Origin: Candidatus Parcubacteria bacterium
GTDB taxonomy: Bacteria; Patescibacteriota; Minisyncoccia; Phycocordibacterales; UBA9973
Reading direction: 5' to 3'
DNA: 59,996 nt
NCBI GenBank assembly: GCA_039795715.1
Contig: JBDKLD010000008.1
Location: 1 to 59,996 of the forward strand
Position 1 is the stretch's first letter, and each line of letters begins with the position of its first letter. This document shows, piece by piece, positions 16,660-25,660 of the stretch. The translations under genes and the position numbers were made by a program. Below the pieces are notes generated by a model that searched no databases, was not told the DNA's origin, and saw only the letters and a list, made by a program, of their open reading frames with translations.

Positions 16660-18843
16660 ATGCCCAAAAAACCACCAGAGAAAGAAAAAAAGCAAAATGG
16701 TAAAAAGAAAGTCGCTGACCTACAAGAGAAAGGCTTGAAGCATGAAACCAAGCAGACCATTTACGCCATTGTTGCGTTTTTCCTCGCAATCTTTTTTGCC
16801 ATTGCCGCATTTGGGGGAGGCGGTGTCGCAGGTAGCGGTGTCTATGGCTTACTAAAGAAACTCTTTGGCGTTGGCTACATTTTCCTACCACTCAGCGCGG
16901 CACTACTCGGTATATCACTCATCGGCGAATACAGAGCAAGAGTCTCTAGTTCACACCTCGTCGCCTCACTGATTTTCCTTTTCTCTGCACTTTCAATAAT
17001 AGACATCGCTTCTGTTGCGCACGCTGGTGGCATGGTCGGCAAATTTGTCGCTTGGCCATTTATTAGGCTCTTTGATAAAAGCCTTGCAATACTACTTTTT
17101 GGCGCACTAGTTATTATTGCTCTCCTCATGCTTTTTGATGCCAAACCTGCGCTCGTTCCATTTTTCAAAAAACTTTGGGCACTCATCACTGGCAAGAAAG
17201 AAGTCGTGGCGAGCGCGACAATCACCTCTGCTGAAGAAAAGAAAATCGACGCAATCGCCAATGCCGAAATTGCCCGCGTCGAACATACAGAAAGAAAAGA
17301 CGAACCGCAACAAGAAGAACCAAAGAAAAAGAAAACCGATGATGAAATGGCTGGTTTCCAAATCGCTAGTATTCGCCGTGCGAGTGCGTACACACCACCA
17401 CCGCTTTCACTCCTCGAAGGCGATCGAGGCAAAGCGAACGTCGGCGACATCAAAGGCAATGCCAACATCATCAAGCGTACGCTAGCAAACTTTGGCATCC
17501 AAGTTGAAATGGATGAAATAACTGTCGGGCCATCTGTCACTCGCTACGCACTCAAACCAGCCGAAGGCGTCAAGCTCGCTCGCATTGTTGGTCTGCAAAA
17601 TGACCTCGCACTTGCGCTTGCTGCACATCCGATTCGCATCGAAGCGCCAATTCCAGGGAAGTCACTCGTCGGTGTCGAAATCCCAAACAAAACCAAGTCG
17701 ACTGTTGGCCTCGCCTCACTCCTCGAAGACAGCGAATATAAAAATTCTGAGAAGCCACTCTTTATGGGTGTTGGTCGTGGACTTTCTGGTCGCGCCAAAT
17801 TCATAAACCTAGCCAAGATGCCACACATGCTCATCGCTGGTACAACTGGCGCCGGCAAGTCAGTAACTATCCACACACTCATTACATCGCTCCTGTATCG
17901 TCTCGGGCCTGAAGATTTGCGATTTATCATGATCGACCCAAAGCGTGTTGAGCTCACGCTCTATAACAAAATCCCGCACTTGCTCACGCCTGTCATCACT
18001 GACGCCAAGAAAGCCATACTCTCGCTCAAATGGGCAGCAAAAGAAATGGAGCGTCGCTACAACATTCTCGAAACCGAAGCTGTGCGCGATATTGATTCGT
18101 ATCACAAACTCATCGGCAATAGAAAGCCAAAAGACGGGGAAGAAGTAGACCGCATGCCATTCATCGTCATTATTTTGGATGAGTTGGCAGATATTATGTC
18201 GTCGTACCCAAGAGAACTTGAAGCTGGCATCGTTCGTCTCGCGCAAATGTCTCGCGCTGTTGGTATTCACCTTATACTTTCTACTCAGCGCCCAGAAGTG
18301 AACGTCATCACCGGTCTCATCAAAGCCAATGTTCCGGCTCGCGTAGCGCTCAAAGTTTCTTCGCAAATAGACTCACGAACAATTCTCGATACTGGTGGTG
18401 CAGAGAAATTGCTCGGTGCTGGTGACATGCTTTTCATCTCAGGCGAATCTTCACAGCCAGAACGTATTCAGTCAGCATTTATTACCGAAGATGAAGTAAA
18501 ACGTGTCGCGGCTTGGCTCGGCAAGACATATGAGAATGAAGTTATTGGCGACATTGCGCTCACAGGTACGCCAAGTGTCGACAAGTCTATATTTGAAGCA
18601 ACACTAGATTCTGAGGACAATGCCGATGATGATGAAATGTATGAATCAGCAAAACAAGCTGTTATGGAGGCTGGTAAAGCCTCGACTTCGTACCTCCAGC
18701 GCAAACTCAAGCTCGGCTACGCTCGCGCAGCACGTCTCATGGATATACTTGAAGAACGTGGTGTTGTTGGCCCAGCAGATGGCGCAAAGCCTCGCGAAGT
18801 TTTGATAAAAAATGATATGGAAAATCCTGAGCTCGGCGCGTAA
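16660..18843 (+). CDS. ftsK: DNA translocase FtsK/SpoIIIE
   Basis: N-terminal TM segments. Motor domain with Walker A GTTGAGKS, Walker B IVIILDELADIM and HLILSTQRP. C-terminal gamma wHTH (TSYLQRKLKLGYARAARLMDILEERGVVG). Confidence 0.92.
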   Translation: MPKKPPEKEKKQNGKKKVADLQEKGLKHETKQTIYAIVAFFLAIFFAIAAFGGGGVAGSGVYGLLKKLFGVGYIFLPLSAALLGISLIGEYRARVSSSHLVASLIFLFSALSIIDIASVAHAGGMVGKFVAWPFIRLFDKSLAILLFGALVIIALLMLFDAKPALVPFFKKLWALITGKKEVVASATITSAEEKKIDAIANAEIARVEHTERKDEPQQEEPKKKKTDDEMAGFQIASIRRASAYTPPPLSLLEGDRGKANVGDIKGNANIIKRTLANFGIQVEMDEITVGPSVTRYALKPAEGVKLARIVGLQNDLALALAAHPIRIEAPIPGKSLVGVEIPNKTKSTVGLASLLEDSEYKNSEKPLFMGVGRGLSGRAKFINLAKMPHMLIAGTTGAGKSVTIHTLITSLLYRLGPEDLRFIMIDPKRVELTLYNKIPHLLTPVITDAKKAILSLKWAAKEMERRYNILETEAVRDIDSYHKLIGNRKPKDGEEVDRMPFIVIILDELADIMSSYPRELEAGIVRLAQMSRAVGIHLILSTQRPEVNVITGLIKANVPARVALKVSSQIDSRTILDTGGAEKLLGAGDMLFISGESSQPERIQSAFITEDEVKRVAAWLGKTYENEVIGDIALTGTPSVDKSIFEATLDSEDNADDDEMYESAKQAVMEAGKASTSYLQRKLKLGYARAARLMDILEERGVVGPADGAKPREVLIKNDMENPELGA

Positions 18844-18849
18844 ACGTAT

Positions 18850-19206
18850 ATGATGATTGACCCGAAAAAATTTATCCGGTTTGCCTTGATTGGTTTACTT
18901 TTTCTCGGCATTACGGTATACGGGTACTATCGGAGCAAGGACGCTATTTTTGGCATTGCTATCACAACTTCTATCCAAGACGGTGCTGTTCTTGACTCAA
19001 AACTGCTTACTCTCACTGGCAGTGCGCCACATACATCGAAGTTTACGGTCAACAACAGGGAGATTCTGCTCGACAAAAATGGTGACTTTGCCGATACATT
19101 GCTCCTCCAAGACGGCTATAATATACTTACCCTAGAAGCGAGCGACAAATTCGGTAGGACGATACAAAAGGTAATCCGACTGTATACCAAGCCTGCTGTT
19201 GTCTAG
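18850..19206 (+). CDS. Hypothetical membrane-anchored protein (small beta-sandwich ectodomain)
   Basis: One TM helix (FIRFALIGLLFLGITVYGYY) and a beta-rich C-terminus. No recognisable motif. Confidence 0.4.
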   Translation: MMIDPKKFIRFALIGLLFLGITVYGYYRSKDAIFGIAITTSIQDGAVLDSKLLTLTGSAPHTSKFTVNNREILLDKNGDFADTLLLQDGYNILTLEASDKFGRTIQKVIRLYTKPAVV

Positions 19207-19294
19207 TTTTATTTTTAACATTTCTTTATCAGTATTTCATGTGCGAGGTATACAATACTTGCATGTCATTTAGTAATTAATTCCAAAACATTTT

Positions 19295-20389
19295 ATGGCA
19301 AAAAAAGCTACGAAAGCACCAAAAGAGCAGGGGGGAGCAGTTGATGACGCAATCAAGTCAATCCTGACAAAGTTCGGCGAAGGTTCGATCATGAAGCTTG
19401 GCGATGCGCCGAAAGTTAACGTCAGCGCCATACCAACAGGCTCTATTGGTCTCGACATTGCACTTGGCATCGGCGGTTTGCCACGCGGACGTATCATCGA
19501 AATTTTCGGTCCTGAGTCATCGGGCAAAACCACACTCGCGCTCCACGTCGTCGCCGAAGCCCAAAAGCTTGGCGGTATTTGCGCGTACATTGATGCTGAA
19601 CACGCAATGGATCCAGAATATGCACAAAACCTCGGTGTAAATATTGCCGAGCTACTTATTTCTCAACCAGACACAGGTGAGCAAGGTCTCGAAATTGTCG
19701 AGTCGCTTGTTCGCACCGGCAAGATTGACGTCATTGTCATTGATTCTGTCGCAGCACTCACTCCAAAAGATGAAATAGAAGGTGATATGGGTCAGCAACA
19801 CATGGGCAAGCAAGCACGTCTCATGTCGCAGGCACTTCGCAAGCTCACCGCGCTCGTCGCACGCTCAAACACAATAGTTATTTTCATCAACCAGATCCGC
19901 ATGCAGATCGGCGTCATGTTCGGCAATCCAGAAACAACTCCAGGTGGCAAGGCACTCAAGTTCTACACTTCTGTCCGTCTCGATATTCGTCGCATCGCGC
20001 AGATTAAAAAAGGTGAAGAAGTCGTCGGCTCGCGCACTCGCGTCAAAGTTGTCAAAAACAAAGTCGCTGCACCATTCAAGCAAACCGAATTCGATATTAT
20101 TTACGGCGAAGGTATTTCACTCGAAGGTGAAATCATGGCACTCGGTGAGAAGCTCGGCATTATCGAGAAAAGTGGGGCTTCATACACCTACGTTCCACCA
20201 GCCGGAGAAAAAAGTGAGAAAGGTGAAAAGGCCGACAAAGCCGAGAAACAGCCCGACAAGATTCCGCTCGCACGCGGATACGACGCCACTCGCCAAGCTC
20301 TCCGCGAAAACCCAAAACTCCGCGACCAAATTCTCAAGGTCATCCGCAAGCGAATGAAAGAAGTTGTTTCCGAATCAAGCGGCGAATAG
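19295..20389 (+). CDS. recA: Recombinase RecA
   Basis: [13 protein letters not shown] (Walker A), [38 protein letters not shown]. Full length, with a Lys/Glu-rich insert near the C-terminus. Confidence 0.97.
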   Translation: MAKKATKAPKEQGGAVDDAIKSILTKFGEGSIMKLGDAPKVNVSAIPTGSIGLDIALGIGGLPRGRIIEIFGPESSGKTTLALHVVAEAQKLGGICAYIDAEHAMDPEYAQNLGVNIAELLISQPDTGEQGLEIVESLVRTGKIDVIVIDSVAALTPKDEIEGDMGQQHMGKQARLMSQALRKLTALVARSNTIVIFINQIRMQIGVMFGNPETTPGGKALKFYTSVRLDIRRIAQIKKGEEVVGSRTRVKVVKNKVAAPFKQTEFDIIYGEGISLEGEIMALGEKLGIIEKSGASYTYVPPAGEKSEKGEKADKAEKQPDKIPLARGYDATRQALRENPKLRDQILKVIRKRMKEVVSESSGE

Positions 20390-20406
20390 CAGACTATTCG
20401 AGCGAA

Positions 20407-20513
20407 GGAATAAAAATAGCCAATCGAGTCATTTTCGGAGCGCGACGGCGCGAGAAGAAGGCGCTTTTTCAGCAGAAAAAGACGCCGGTGACGAGAGGGG
20501 CTATTTTTATTCC
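20407..20513. repeat. Copy 2 of the structured GC-rich repeat element (core 20420-20500 closed by a perfect 15-bp helix)
   Basis: ggaataaaaatagcc (20407-20421) pairs perfectly with ggctatttttattcc (20499-20513). Starts 18 nt after the recA stop. Confidence 0.8.
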
Positions 20514-20523
20514 TGCGCACAAT

Positions 20524-20551
20524 TTGACAGAGCTATTTTTTTGTGTATAAT
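20524..20551 (+). promoter_or_regulatory. Sigma70-type promoter for the 20580 gene
   Basis: TTGACA (20524-20529), 16-nt spacer, TATAAT (20546-20551); 28 nt upstream of ATG 20580. Confidence 0.5.
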
Positions 20552-20579
20552 AATAGTAAACGTACTAAAAAATACAATA

Positions 20580-21188
20580 ATGAAAATAGCAAAAAAAGAT
20601 TGGAATACGCTCACAACTTCCCTACCTGGTAAATTTCAAAGCTACAAAAATCCTTCTCGCTTGAGAATGATTCGTGTTAAAAAACTGGCTTTAAAACTTC
20701 GTGAAATAATCAATTTGTGTAATGACCCAGATCTCATCAAGAGACTGTTATCTGGCCCTTGTATATTCTTGGAAAGACCTGTTATTCGCCACCAAGACAG
20801 TGTCGAATTCAACTTTGCCGAAAAATGCACGATAGCTGAAGGGCTTCGGAAAAAATCACCTGATGTTCTATACAAAATGTATAGAAACAATAAGCTTAAG
20901 GTACAACATCTTGTTGAAGCAATAAATGCTGTAAACTGGTATATCAGAACTGGCCGACCAATTACCAAAGATGTCCTTGCGAGCAAGCTTGTACTTGAAA
21001 AAGTACTCAATATTTCTAATCTCGATCATCTTCGCATCTACGAAGCACTCAAGTATGAGGACAAGATGGCCATCGTTAAAAAAGCCGAGAAATACCTCAT
21101 TGCAGTACTTACTATGTGTATTGAGCATGAAACAAAACAAGTTGCGCTCAATAAAAAAATGATTGTCGAGGAAGAAGTTTTTGCTTAG
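20580..21188 (+). CDS. Hypothetical protein (202 aa)
   Basis: ATG 20580 follows a consensus promoter. The ORF-track N-terminal extension from 20364 reads through the repeat element and was discarded. No recognisable motif. Confidence 0.5.
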   Translation: MKIAKKDWNTLTTSLPGKFQSYKNPSRLRMIRVKKLALKLREIINLCNDPDLIKRLLSGPCIFLERPVIRHQDSVEFNFAEKCTIAEGLRKKSPDVLYKMYRNNKLKVQHLVEAINAVNWYIRTGRPITKDVLASKLVLEKVLNISNLDHLRIYEALKYEDKMAIVKKAEKYLIAVLTMCIEHETKQVALNKKMIVEEEVFA

Positions 21189-21205
21189 GCCAAAACAAAG
21201 AATAC

Positions 21206-21231
21206 GCACCCAAATACTGGGTGCTTTTTTT
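21206..21231 (+). terminator. Rho-independent terminator
   Basis: GCACCC-aaatact-GGGTGC followed by ttttttt. Confidence 0.7.
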
Positions 21232-21233
21232 AT

Positions 21234-21262
21234 TTGCCTTTTTCCACCTGCTTGGCTATAAT
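21234..21262 (+). promoter_or_regulatory. Promoter of efp (probable leaderless transcript)
   Basis: TTGCCT (21234-21239), 17-nt spacer, TATAAT (21257-21262), then only 7 nt to ATG 21270. Confidence 0.45.
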
Positions 21263-21269
21263 CGTTGGC

Positions 21270-21848
21270 ATGGCACTCCTCGCATACAATGAAATAAAGG
21301 AAAAGAAGATAATCCTCCACGACGATGAGCCGTGCGAAGTGGTCGAAAGCCACGTCGCTCGTACCCAGCAACGTAAACCGCAAAATCAGGTCAAGCTTCG
21401 CAGTCTCATTTCGGGCAAGAGCTTTGCTGCCACCTACCACGTCTCTGAACAAGCCCCGGAAGCCGACATCACCAAGCGAGACGTCAAATTCCTCTACCAC
21501 AACAAAGGTGAATATTGGTTCTGCGACCCAACCAATCCAGCCAATCGCTTCAAGCTCGATGAAAAACTCCTCGGCGAAAGCGTTCGTTTTTTCAAACCAA
21601 ACGAAATCGTCACCTCACTCATTTGGGACAACGATGGCGAAGATGTCACTATCAGCGTCAAACTACCCGTCAAAATGACATTTGAAGTCAAAGATGCGCC
21701 ACCTGCCATCAAGGGCGGTAGCGTCACTGGAGGCAACAAACTCGTCACGCTCGACAATGGCGCAACCATCAACACCCCGCTTTTCATTTCTGTCGGCGAT
21801 AAAATTATCGTCAACACAGAGACTGGAGAATACACAGAACGAGTCTAA
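21270..21848 (+). CDS. efp: Translation elongation factor P
   Basis: Aligns by eye with E. coli EF-P: DDEPCEVVESHV...VKLRSLISGK, FLYHNKGEYWFCD, and C-terminal GATINTPLFISVGDKIIVNTETGEYTERV. Start at ATG 21270. Confidence 0.9.
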   Translation: MALLAYNEIKEKKIILHDDEPCEVVESHVARTQQRKPQNQVKLRSLISGKSFAATYHVSEQAPEADITKRDVKFLYHNKGEYWFCDPTNPANRFKLDEKLLGESVRFFKPNEIVTSLIWDNDGEDVTISVKLPVKMTFEVKDAPPAIKGGSVTGGNKLVTLDNGATINTPLFISVGDKIIVNTETGEYTERV

Positions 21849-21860
21849 ATTTAGCAAAAT

Positions 21861-21890
21861 AAAAAACCCAGCATTTGCTGGGATTTATTT
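21861..21890. terminator. Bidirectional terminator between convergent efp and the 21906 gene
   Basis: aaaaaaCCCAGCatttGCTGGGatttatttt. Confidence 0.65.
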
Positions 21891-21905
21891 TAACTAGTTA
21901 TTTTT

Positions 21906-22550
21906 TTACGCTGGGATAGCAAGCGTCTCAATAGGTATTGCGTGCACATGGACTTTCGGATACGAAACAATCCTGAGAAAGAATTTGCCTTCCCGCTTCC
22001 TGACTTCAAATTCAAAAGATTTTGATTTGAGGTAGTCGTAGTAAACTTTATCTCTACCGTAGAGGTCTTGGCACTTTACCGTATCCTGCTTGTACTCTTC
22101 GATCAATTCATACACTGTAAAGGTTCGATGATTATTATCTCTGGCTCGTAGCTCCATGAGCATAACACCTCGTAGTAACCGCTCAGCTTCCCTTTTATAG
22201 AGCGCTCTGTCGGCAATTTTCAAAAGATCTTTGTAGAGAAATCCGTCTGGCTCATAGGTATCACTGAGTAAGAATTTCATGGTTTCAGGGCCAAAGATAA
22301 TCCCTATTGGGCAACCTTTTTCTGTAGCATAGAATATGGGGTTCTTTATTTCTGGAGCCGACAAGAATATGCTGGCAAAATGGCGATCGACTTTGAACGA
22401 AGGCAGTGATTGCCCCCATGCCAATTCGAGGTTGTGTGTATCGGCATCTCTGCCGTGTGCGAGTAAAGTGGTCACAATATATTTTGCTGATGTTGCATCA
22501 TTTGCATAAATATAAAGAGTGAGATTTTCTGGATTTATTCTGCGTTGCAT
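21906..22550 (-). CDS. Hypothetical protein (214 aa)
   Basis: Long clean ORF with ATG and TAA. No recognisable motif. Confidence 0.5.
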   Translation of the reverse strand: MQRRINPENLTLYIYANDATSAKYIVTTLLAHGRDADTHNLELAWGQSLPSFKVDRHFASIFLSAPEIKNPIFYATEKGCPIGIIFGPETMKFLLSDTYEPDGFLYKDLLKIADRALYKREAERLLRGVMLMELRARDNNHRTFTVYELIEEYKQDTVKCQDLYGRDKVYYDYLKSKSFEFEVRKREGKFFLRIVSYPKVHVHAIPIETLAIPA

Positions 22551-22594
22551 GTATTTAGTTGTTTAAATATTTACCGCATTATACCACATATAAG

Positions 22595-22618
22595 AAAAAA
22601 CGCACGTTTTGCGTGCGT
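22595..22618 (-). terminator. Rho-independent terminator after rpsR
   Basis: Minus strand reads CGCACGcaaaaCGTGCG followed by tttttt. Confidence 0.7.
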
Positions 22619-22632
22619 CTCTTCTATCCCTA

Positions 22633-22842
22633 CTACTTGATGATGAATGGAATCAGTCCCATGAATCGCGCACGCTTTACTGCGAGAGAAAGCTTGCGTT
22701 GGTTCTTGGATGATAGACCTGAGCGCTTGCGAGAAGTGATCTTGCCGCTAGGGCCGAGGAATTTCTTCAGAATATCAATGTCTTTGTAGTCGACATGCTT
22801 GATATTGTTGGCTGAGAAATAATCGTGCTTCGTAAATGACAT
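22633..22842 (-). CDS. rpsR: 30S ribosomal protein S18
   Basis: DYKDIDILKKFLGPSGKITSRKRSGLSSKNQRKLSLAVKRARFMGLIPF. Confidence 0.95.
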   Translation of the reverse strand: MSFTKHDYFSANNIKHVDYKDIDILKKFLGPSGKITSRKRSGLSSKNQRKLSLAVKRARFMGLIPFIIK

Positions 22843-22876
22843 ATTATTTTTCGTTTAATTTTTAAAGTTTACTTTT

Positions 22877-23347
22877 TTAAAATGGAATATCTTCCAAGTT
22901 GTTATCGTCTGTCGGATATTCGATAGTGTCGAATCCGCCGTCTTCTTTCTTGTCATCTGGAGCTCCGCCACCTTCAGGCTTTTGGTATGCCCCTGTACTT
23001 GCGCCACCTGGACGGCCAGTACAGCTTGGGCCAAACTGGAAATTCTCAACGACGATTTCGGTGCGGTAATTCTTCTTGCCTTCTTTGTCGTCCCAGCTTC
23101 TTGTCTGAAGTCTGCCTTCGACGTAGAGTGAGCCACCTTTTTTCATATACTGAGCGATGAGCTCTGCGGGACGAGCGAATGCCACAATGTTGTGGTACTC
23201 AGTCGCCTCTTTCTTGGCACCGTTAGCGTCTTTCCATGTGCGGTTGGTTGCGAGTGCTGCTGACATGACTTTTACTCCTGATGGCAGAGACTTGAGCTCT
23301 GGATCGCGAGTGAGGTTTCCAATTATTTGAACTTTGTTGAGGTACAT
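22877..23347 (-). CDS. ssb: Single-stranded DNA-binding protein
   Basis: MYLNKVQIIGNLTRDPELKSLPSG...YVEGRLQTRSWDD OB fold. Gly/Pro-rich tail ending in the acidic tip DDNNLEDIPF. Start at ATG 23347. Confidence 0.93.
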   Translation of the reverse strand: MYLNKVQIIGNLTRDPELKSLPSGVKVMSAALATNRTWKDANGAKKEATEYHNIVAFARPAELIAQYMKKGGSLYVEGRLQTRSWDDKEGKKNYRTEIVVENFQFGPSCTGRPGGASTGAYQKPEGGGAPDDKKEDGGFDTIEYPTDDNNLEDIPF

Positions 23348-23402
23348 ATGTTTTTCTTGAATAGCTAGTAATATCACTGCCTGCCAAAGCGGTACAGTTA
23401 GT

Positions 23403-23915
23403 TTACTCCGTTACTGCGAGCTCTTCAAGTTTCTTCTCAATTTCTGCTTCGTCAATCGGAGTTTCTTCTGCATTCTCGATTTTACGTGCTGGACGCTTCA
23501 TACCACTACCCATAGTACGCTTGCCTGCGATAGTGTTTTCGCGGACAGTCAAAATGAGGAGGAAACGGAGAACATCTTCGTCGCGCTTGAGAATAGCCGA
23601 AATTTCTTCGTTCATGGCAGGATTACCTTCGAACTTCATCCAGCCAAAGTAGCCTTCACCAAACCACGACTTCTTGTTGCCGATCGGGCGAGACATTTCG
23701 TAGCCGAGAGTAATGAGACGAGGAAATTCCTCGCTAATGCTCACAGCGCCTTTACCTTCGACCAAATCCTTGATTGCGGTAACTTTTGCCGCAACATTTT
23801 CCTCGAGCATCGAGCCAATGAGCAAGTAGCCGAGCTCATACACACGATTCTGAGTCTCCCCTTTTCCCTCCTTTCCTTCACTTGTTACCTCACTCATTAT
23901 TTCGTTTTCTTCCAT
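23403..23915 (-). CDS. rpsF: 30S ribosomal protein S6 (with extensions)
   Basis: RVYELGYLL...GYFGWMKFEGNPAMNEEISAILKRDEDVLRFLLI is S6-like, and the gene sits in the conserved rpsF-ssb-rpsR order. Start ambiguous (23915 or 23897). Confidence 0.8.
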   Translation of the reverse strand: MEENEIMSEVTSEGKEGKGETQNRVYELGYLLIGSMLEENVAAKVTAIKDLVEGKGAVSISEEFPRLITLGYEMSRPIGNKKSWFGEGYFGWMKFEGNPAMNEEISAILKRDEDVLRFLLILTVRENTIAGKRTMGSGMKRPARKIENAEETPIDEAEIEKKLEELAVTE

Positions 23916-24044
23916 AGTTAAATGCCTGTTAAAAGGCATACAGATGCTTGTAAAATACCTCTCATGGGCGCGTATGCACCAAAGTGAGGCTTGTCTCGTT
24001 TCGGACCTAAGCGCTGGGGTTATCAGTACCCCCGCGAACGAGAC
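23916..24044 (-). promoter_or_regulatory. Structured 5' leader of the rpsF operon (candidate S6:S18-binding rpsF leader)
   Basis: About 130-nt untranslated leader. It holds a 52-nt hairpin (8-bp closing stem GTCTCGTT/AACGAGAC, 23993-24044) and a second hairpin (ATGCCT-tttaac-AGGCAT) abutting the start codon. Confidence 0.3.
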
Positions 24045-24050
24045 TTGGTT

Positions 24051-24079
24051 ACTTTAAGGGAAAATGACGGTTTTGTCAA
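24051..24079 (-). promoter_or_regulatory. Promoter of the rpsF-ssb-rpsR operon
   Basis: Minus strand reads TTGACA, 17-nt spacer, TAAAGT. Confidence 0.45.
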
Positions 24080-24084
24080 AATTA

Positions 24085-25650
24085 CTATTTGTCACCAAAA
24101 GAGTAGAAATACCCGTCTCTTGCTCCGACAAATATTTGCCCTTTCCAAATAGCTGGAGTGGACTCAATACATGCACCGGAGGCGAGCAACATGTCATTGG
24201 TCATTTTCGGATGCGCAGGGTCGTTGAGTGAATATTGGCGTAAACCACCAGGGACGCAGATACCGATGAGGAGTTTGCCATCAATCACGTTCGGCGAAGA
24301 CCAAGCATGGAAACCAGCGTCTTCGGTCGAAGTTATCGTGCCAGTTTCTCGTTCGATTGTTAGGAGTTTGCCAGTATGCGTCGTAGCGTACAGATAGTCG
24401 CCAAAGATCGCCGGCGTTGCCCAAATGCCACCTTTGTCGAAATGTTCTTTTGGTACATGAATGCCCCAAATGTACGGGTCGCCAGAAGTGTATGGATTGA
24501 GCTTCATGAGCTGACCAAGCTTTAGAGAACGCGCCGTATTTCTTTCAAGTTCACTCGAAACGTAGAGCATGCCTTTGTCGTCGACAACGATTGTGGCATC
24601 AGTATCATCTCCAGTCCAAAAATCAAAAACGATTGGCGCGACACCATCTGCCACATGAGAAATATCCAGACCAAGCACTCGCCCGCCGGAATTTGCAAAG
24701 TACACACGATCGCCGAAAAATGTCACCGAGTCTTCGATGCTGACATCTTCGTCGCCAACATTTTTTATCAGCTCATCATTGTAGCCAGGAGTTTTGAAAA
24801 TAATATTCGGCGCGACTACAACTTTTTTTACACCATTTTCATCGCTCATATACGATCGATTTATTTTCACGACGAAAAACCAGCTATTCTCGCCACCTTC
24901 AAAAAGCATGTCGTTGATCACGACAGGATTACCATCCCAATCGTTATTCCATTTGCCTTTGACGATATCAGCGTTGAGTCGCCAAACTTCTTTTGGCGGA
25001 AGTGTCGGATCGCCATCGAGCGAGAGGATGCGGAGATTGTTGTCGCGTGAACCAAAGTACAAAAGTGGATAGCCATCAGGATCGAGCGTCACTGAACCTT
25101 TGATGAGGTCGCCAGTTTGAAACTTGGGCCGAGTGTCTTTGCCAGTTTTGGCATTGACGAAATGCACCGCGCCGTCGTATGCGCCGAAAATAACTTCGGT
25201 AATGCCATCTGGTCGTTCCCACACAACAGGCTGTCCAGTCCAGCCACTACCACACCACTGCTTGGTCGTGCCTTCAGCTTCAGAGAAACTGCACATTGGT
25301 TTGGCATTGTCGCCGTTCGGATAACGCCATAGGACTTGTGGTTCTGCTGGAAGCGGACCTTTGCCATAGTATGTGCGGGTTGGAGAACCGCGAAACATGG
25401 TCAGTCCTTCGACTTTTCCCCATGGTTGGCCGATTGCTTTCAGCTGGTCCCCAGTGCCGAAAATACTGCCGACTTTTTCTGTGAATGACGAAATTGGAGT
25501 TTGCTCTTCTGTATTCCCGACAGCGCTTGCTGTACGGGAAAAATTGAATACAGTCGAATTTTGGTCAATCAAAAAAGCGGCCAGGAACCCGACCGCAGAG
25601 ATACCCAGACCAAATATGGCATAACGCGCCTTTGGATACTTTCGAAACAT
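24085..25650 (-). CDS. Membrane-anchored PQQ-like beta-propeller repeat protein
   Basis: TM helix AIFGLGISAVGFLAAFLI, then repeated G-x-[VL]-x-[AG]-[LV]-D-x-x-[TD]-G-like blades (AYDGAVHFVNAKTGK, THTGKLLTIERETGT, ARDGYFYSFG). Start at ATG 25650, just after the tatD stop. Confidence 0.65.
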   Translation of the reverse strand: MFRKYPKARYAIFGLGISAVGFLAAFLIDQNSTVFNFSRTASAVGNTEEQTPISSFTEKVGSIFGTGDQLKAIGQPWGKVEGLTMFRGSPTRTYYGKGPLPAEPQVLWRYPNGDNAKPMCSFSEAEGTTKQWCGSGWTGQPVVWERPDGITEVIFGAYDGAVHFVNAKTGKDTRPKFQTGDLIKGSVTLDPDGYPLLYFGSRDNNLRILSLDGDPTLPPKEVWRLNADIVKGKWNNDWDGNPVVINDMLFEGGENSWFFVVKINRSYMSDENGVKKVVVAPNIIFKTPGYNDELIKNVGDEDVSIEDSVTFFGDRVYFANSGGRVLGLDISHVADGVAPIVFDFWTGDDTDATIVVDDKGMLYVSSELERNTARSLKLGQLMKLNPYTSGDPYIWGIHVPKEHFDKGGIWATPAIFGDYLYATTHTGKLLTIERETGTITSTEDAGFHAWSSPNVIDGKLLIGICVPGGLRQYSLNDPAHPKMTNDMLLASGACIESTPAIWKGQIFVGARDGYFYSFGDK

Positions 25651-25660
25651 GATGGGCAGA

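Noticed and set aside
20195-20260. A Lys/Glu-rich ~20-aa insertion ([22 protein letters not shown]) in the C-terminal region of RecA.
   Set aside because: It is a low-complexity surface-loop expansion in a variable region of RecA. Nothing suggests a functional module.
16490-20500. Direct repeats flanking ftsK-recA as the ends of a mobile element, composite transposon or excisable island.
   Set aside because: The enclosed genes are core housekeeping genes. No transposase, integrase or target-site duplication is visible. The repeat flanks covary as helices rather than being conserved termini.
20364-20579. The ORF-track N-terminal extension of the 20364-21188 ORF, and the antisense ORF 20188-20520, both of which read through repeat copy 2.
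   Set aside because: The same repeat core at 16490-16570 is not in any ORF. The extension overlaps the recA 3' end and runs across a consensus promoter. ATG 20580 downstream of that promoter is a far better start.
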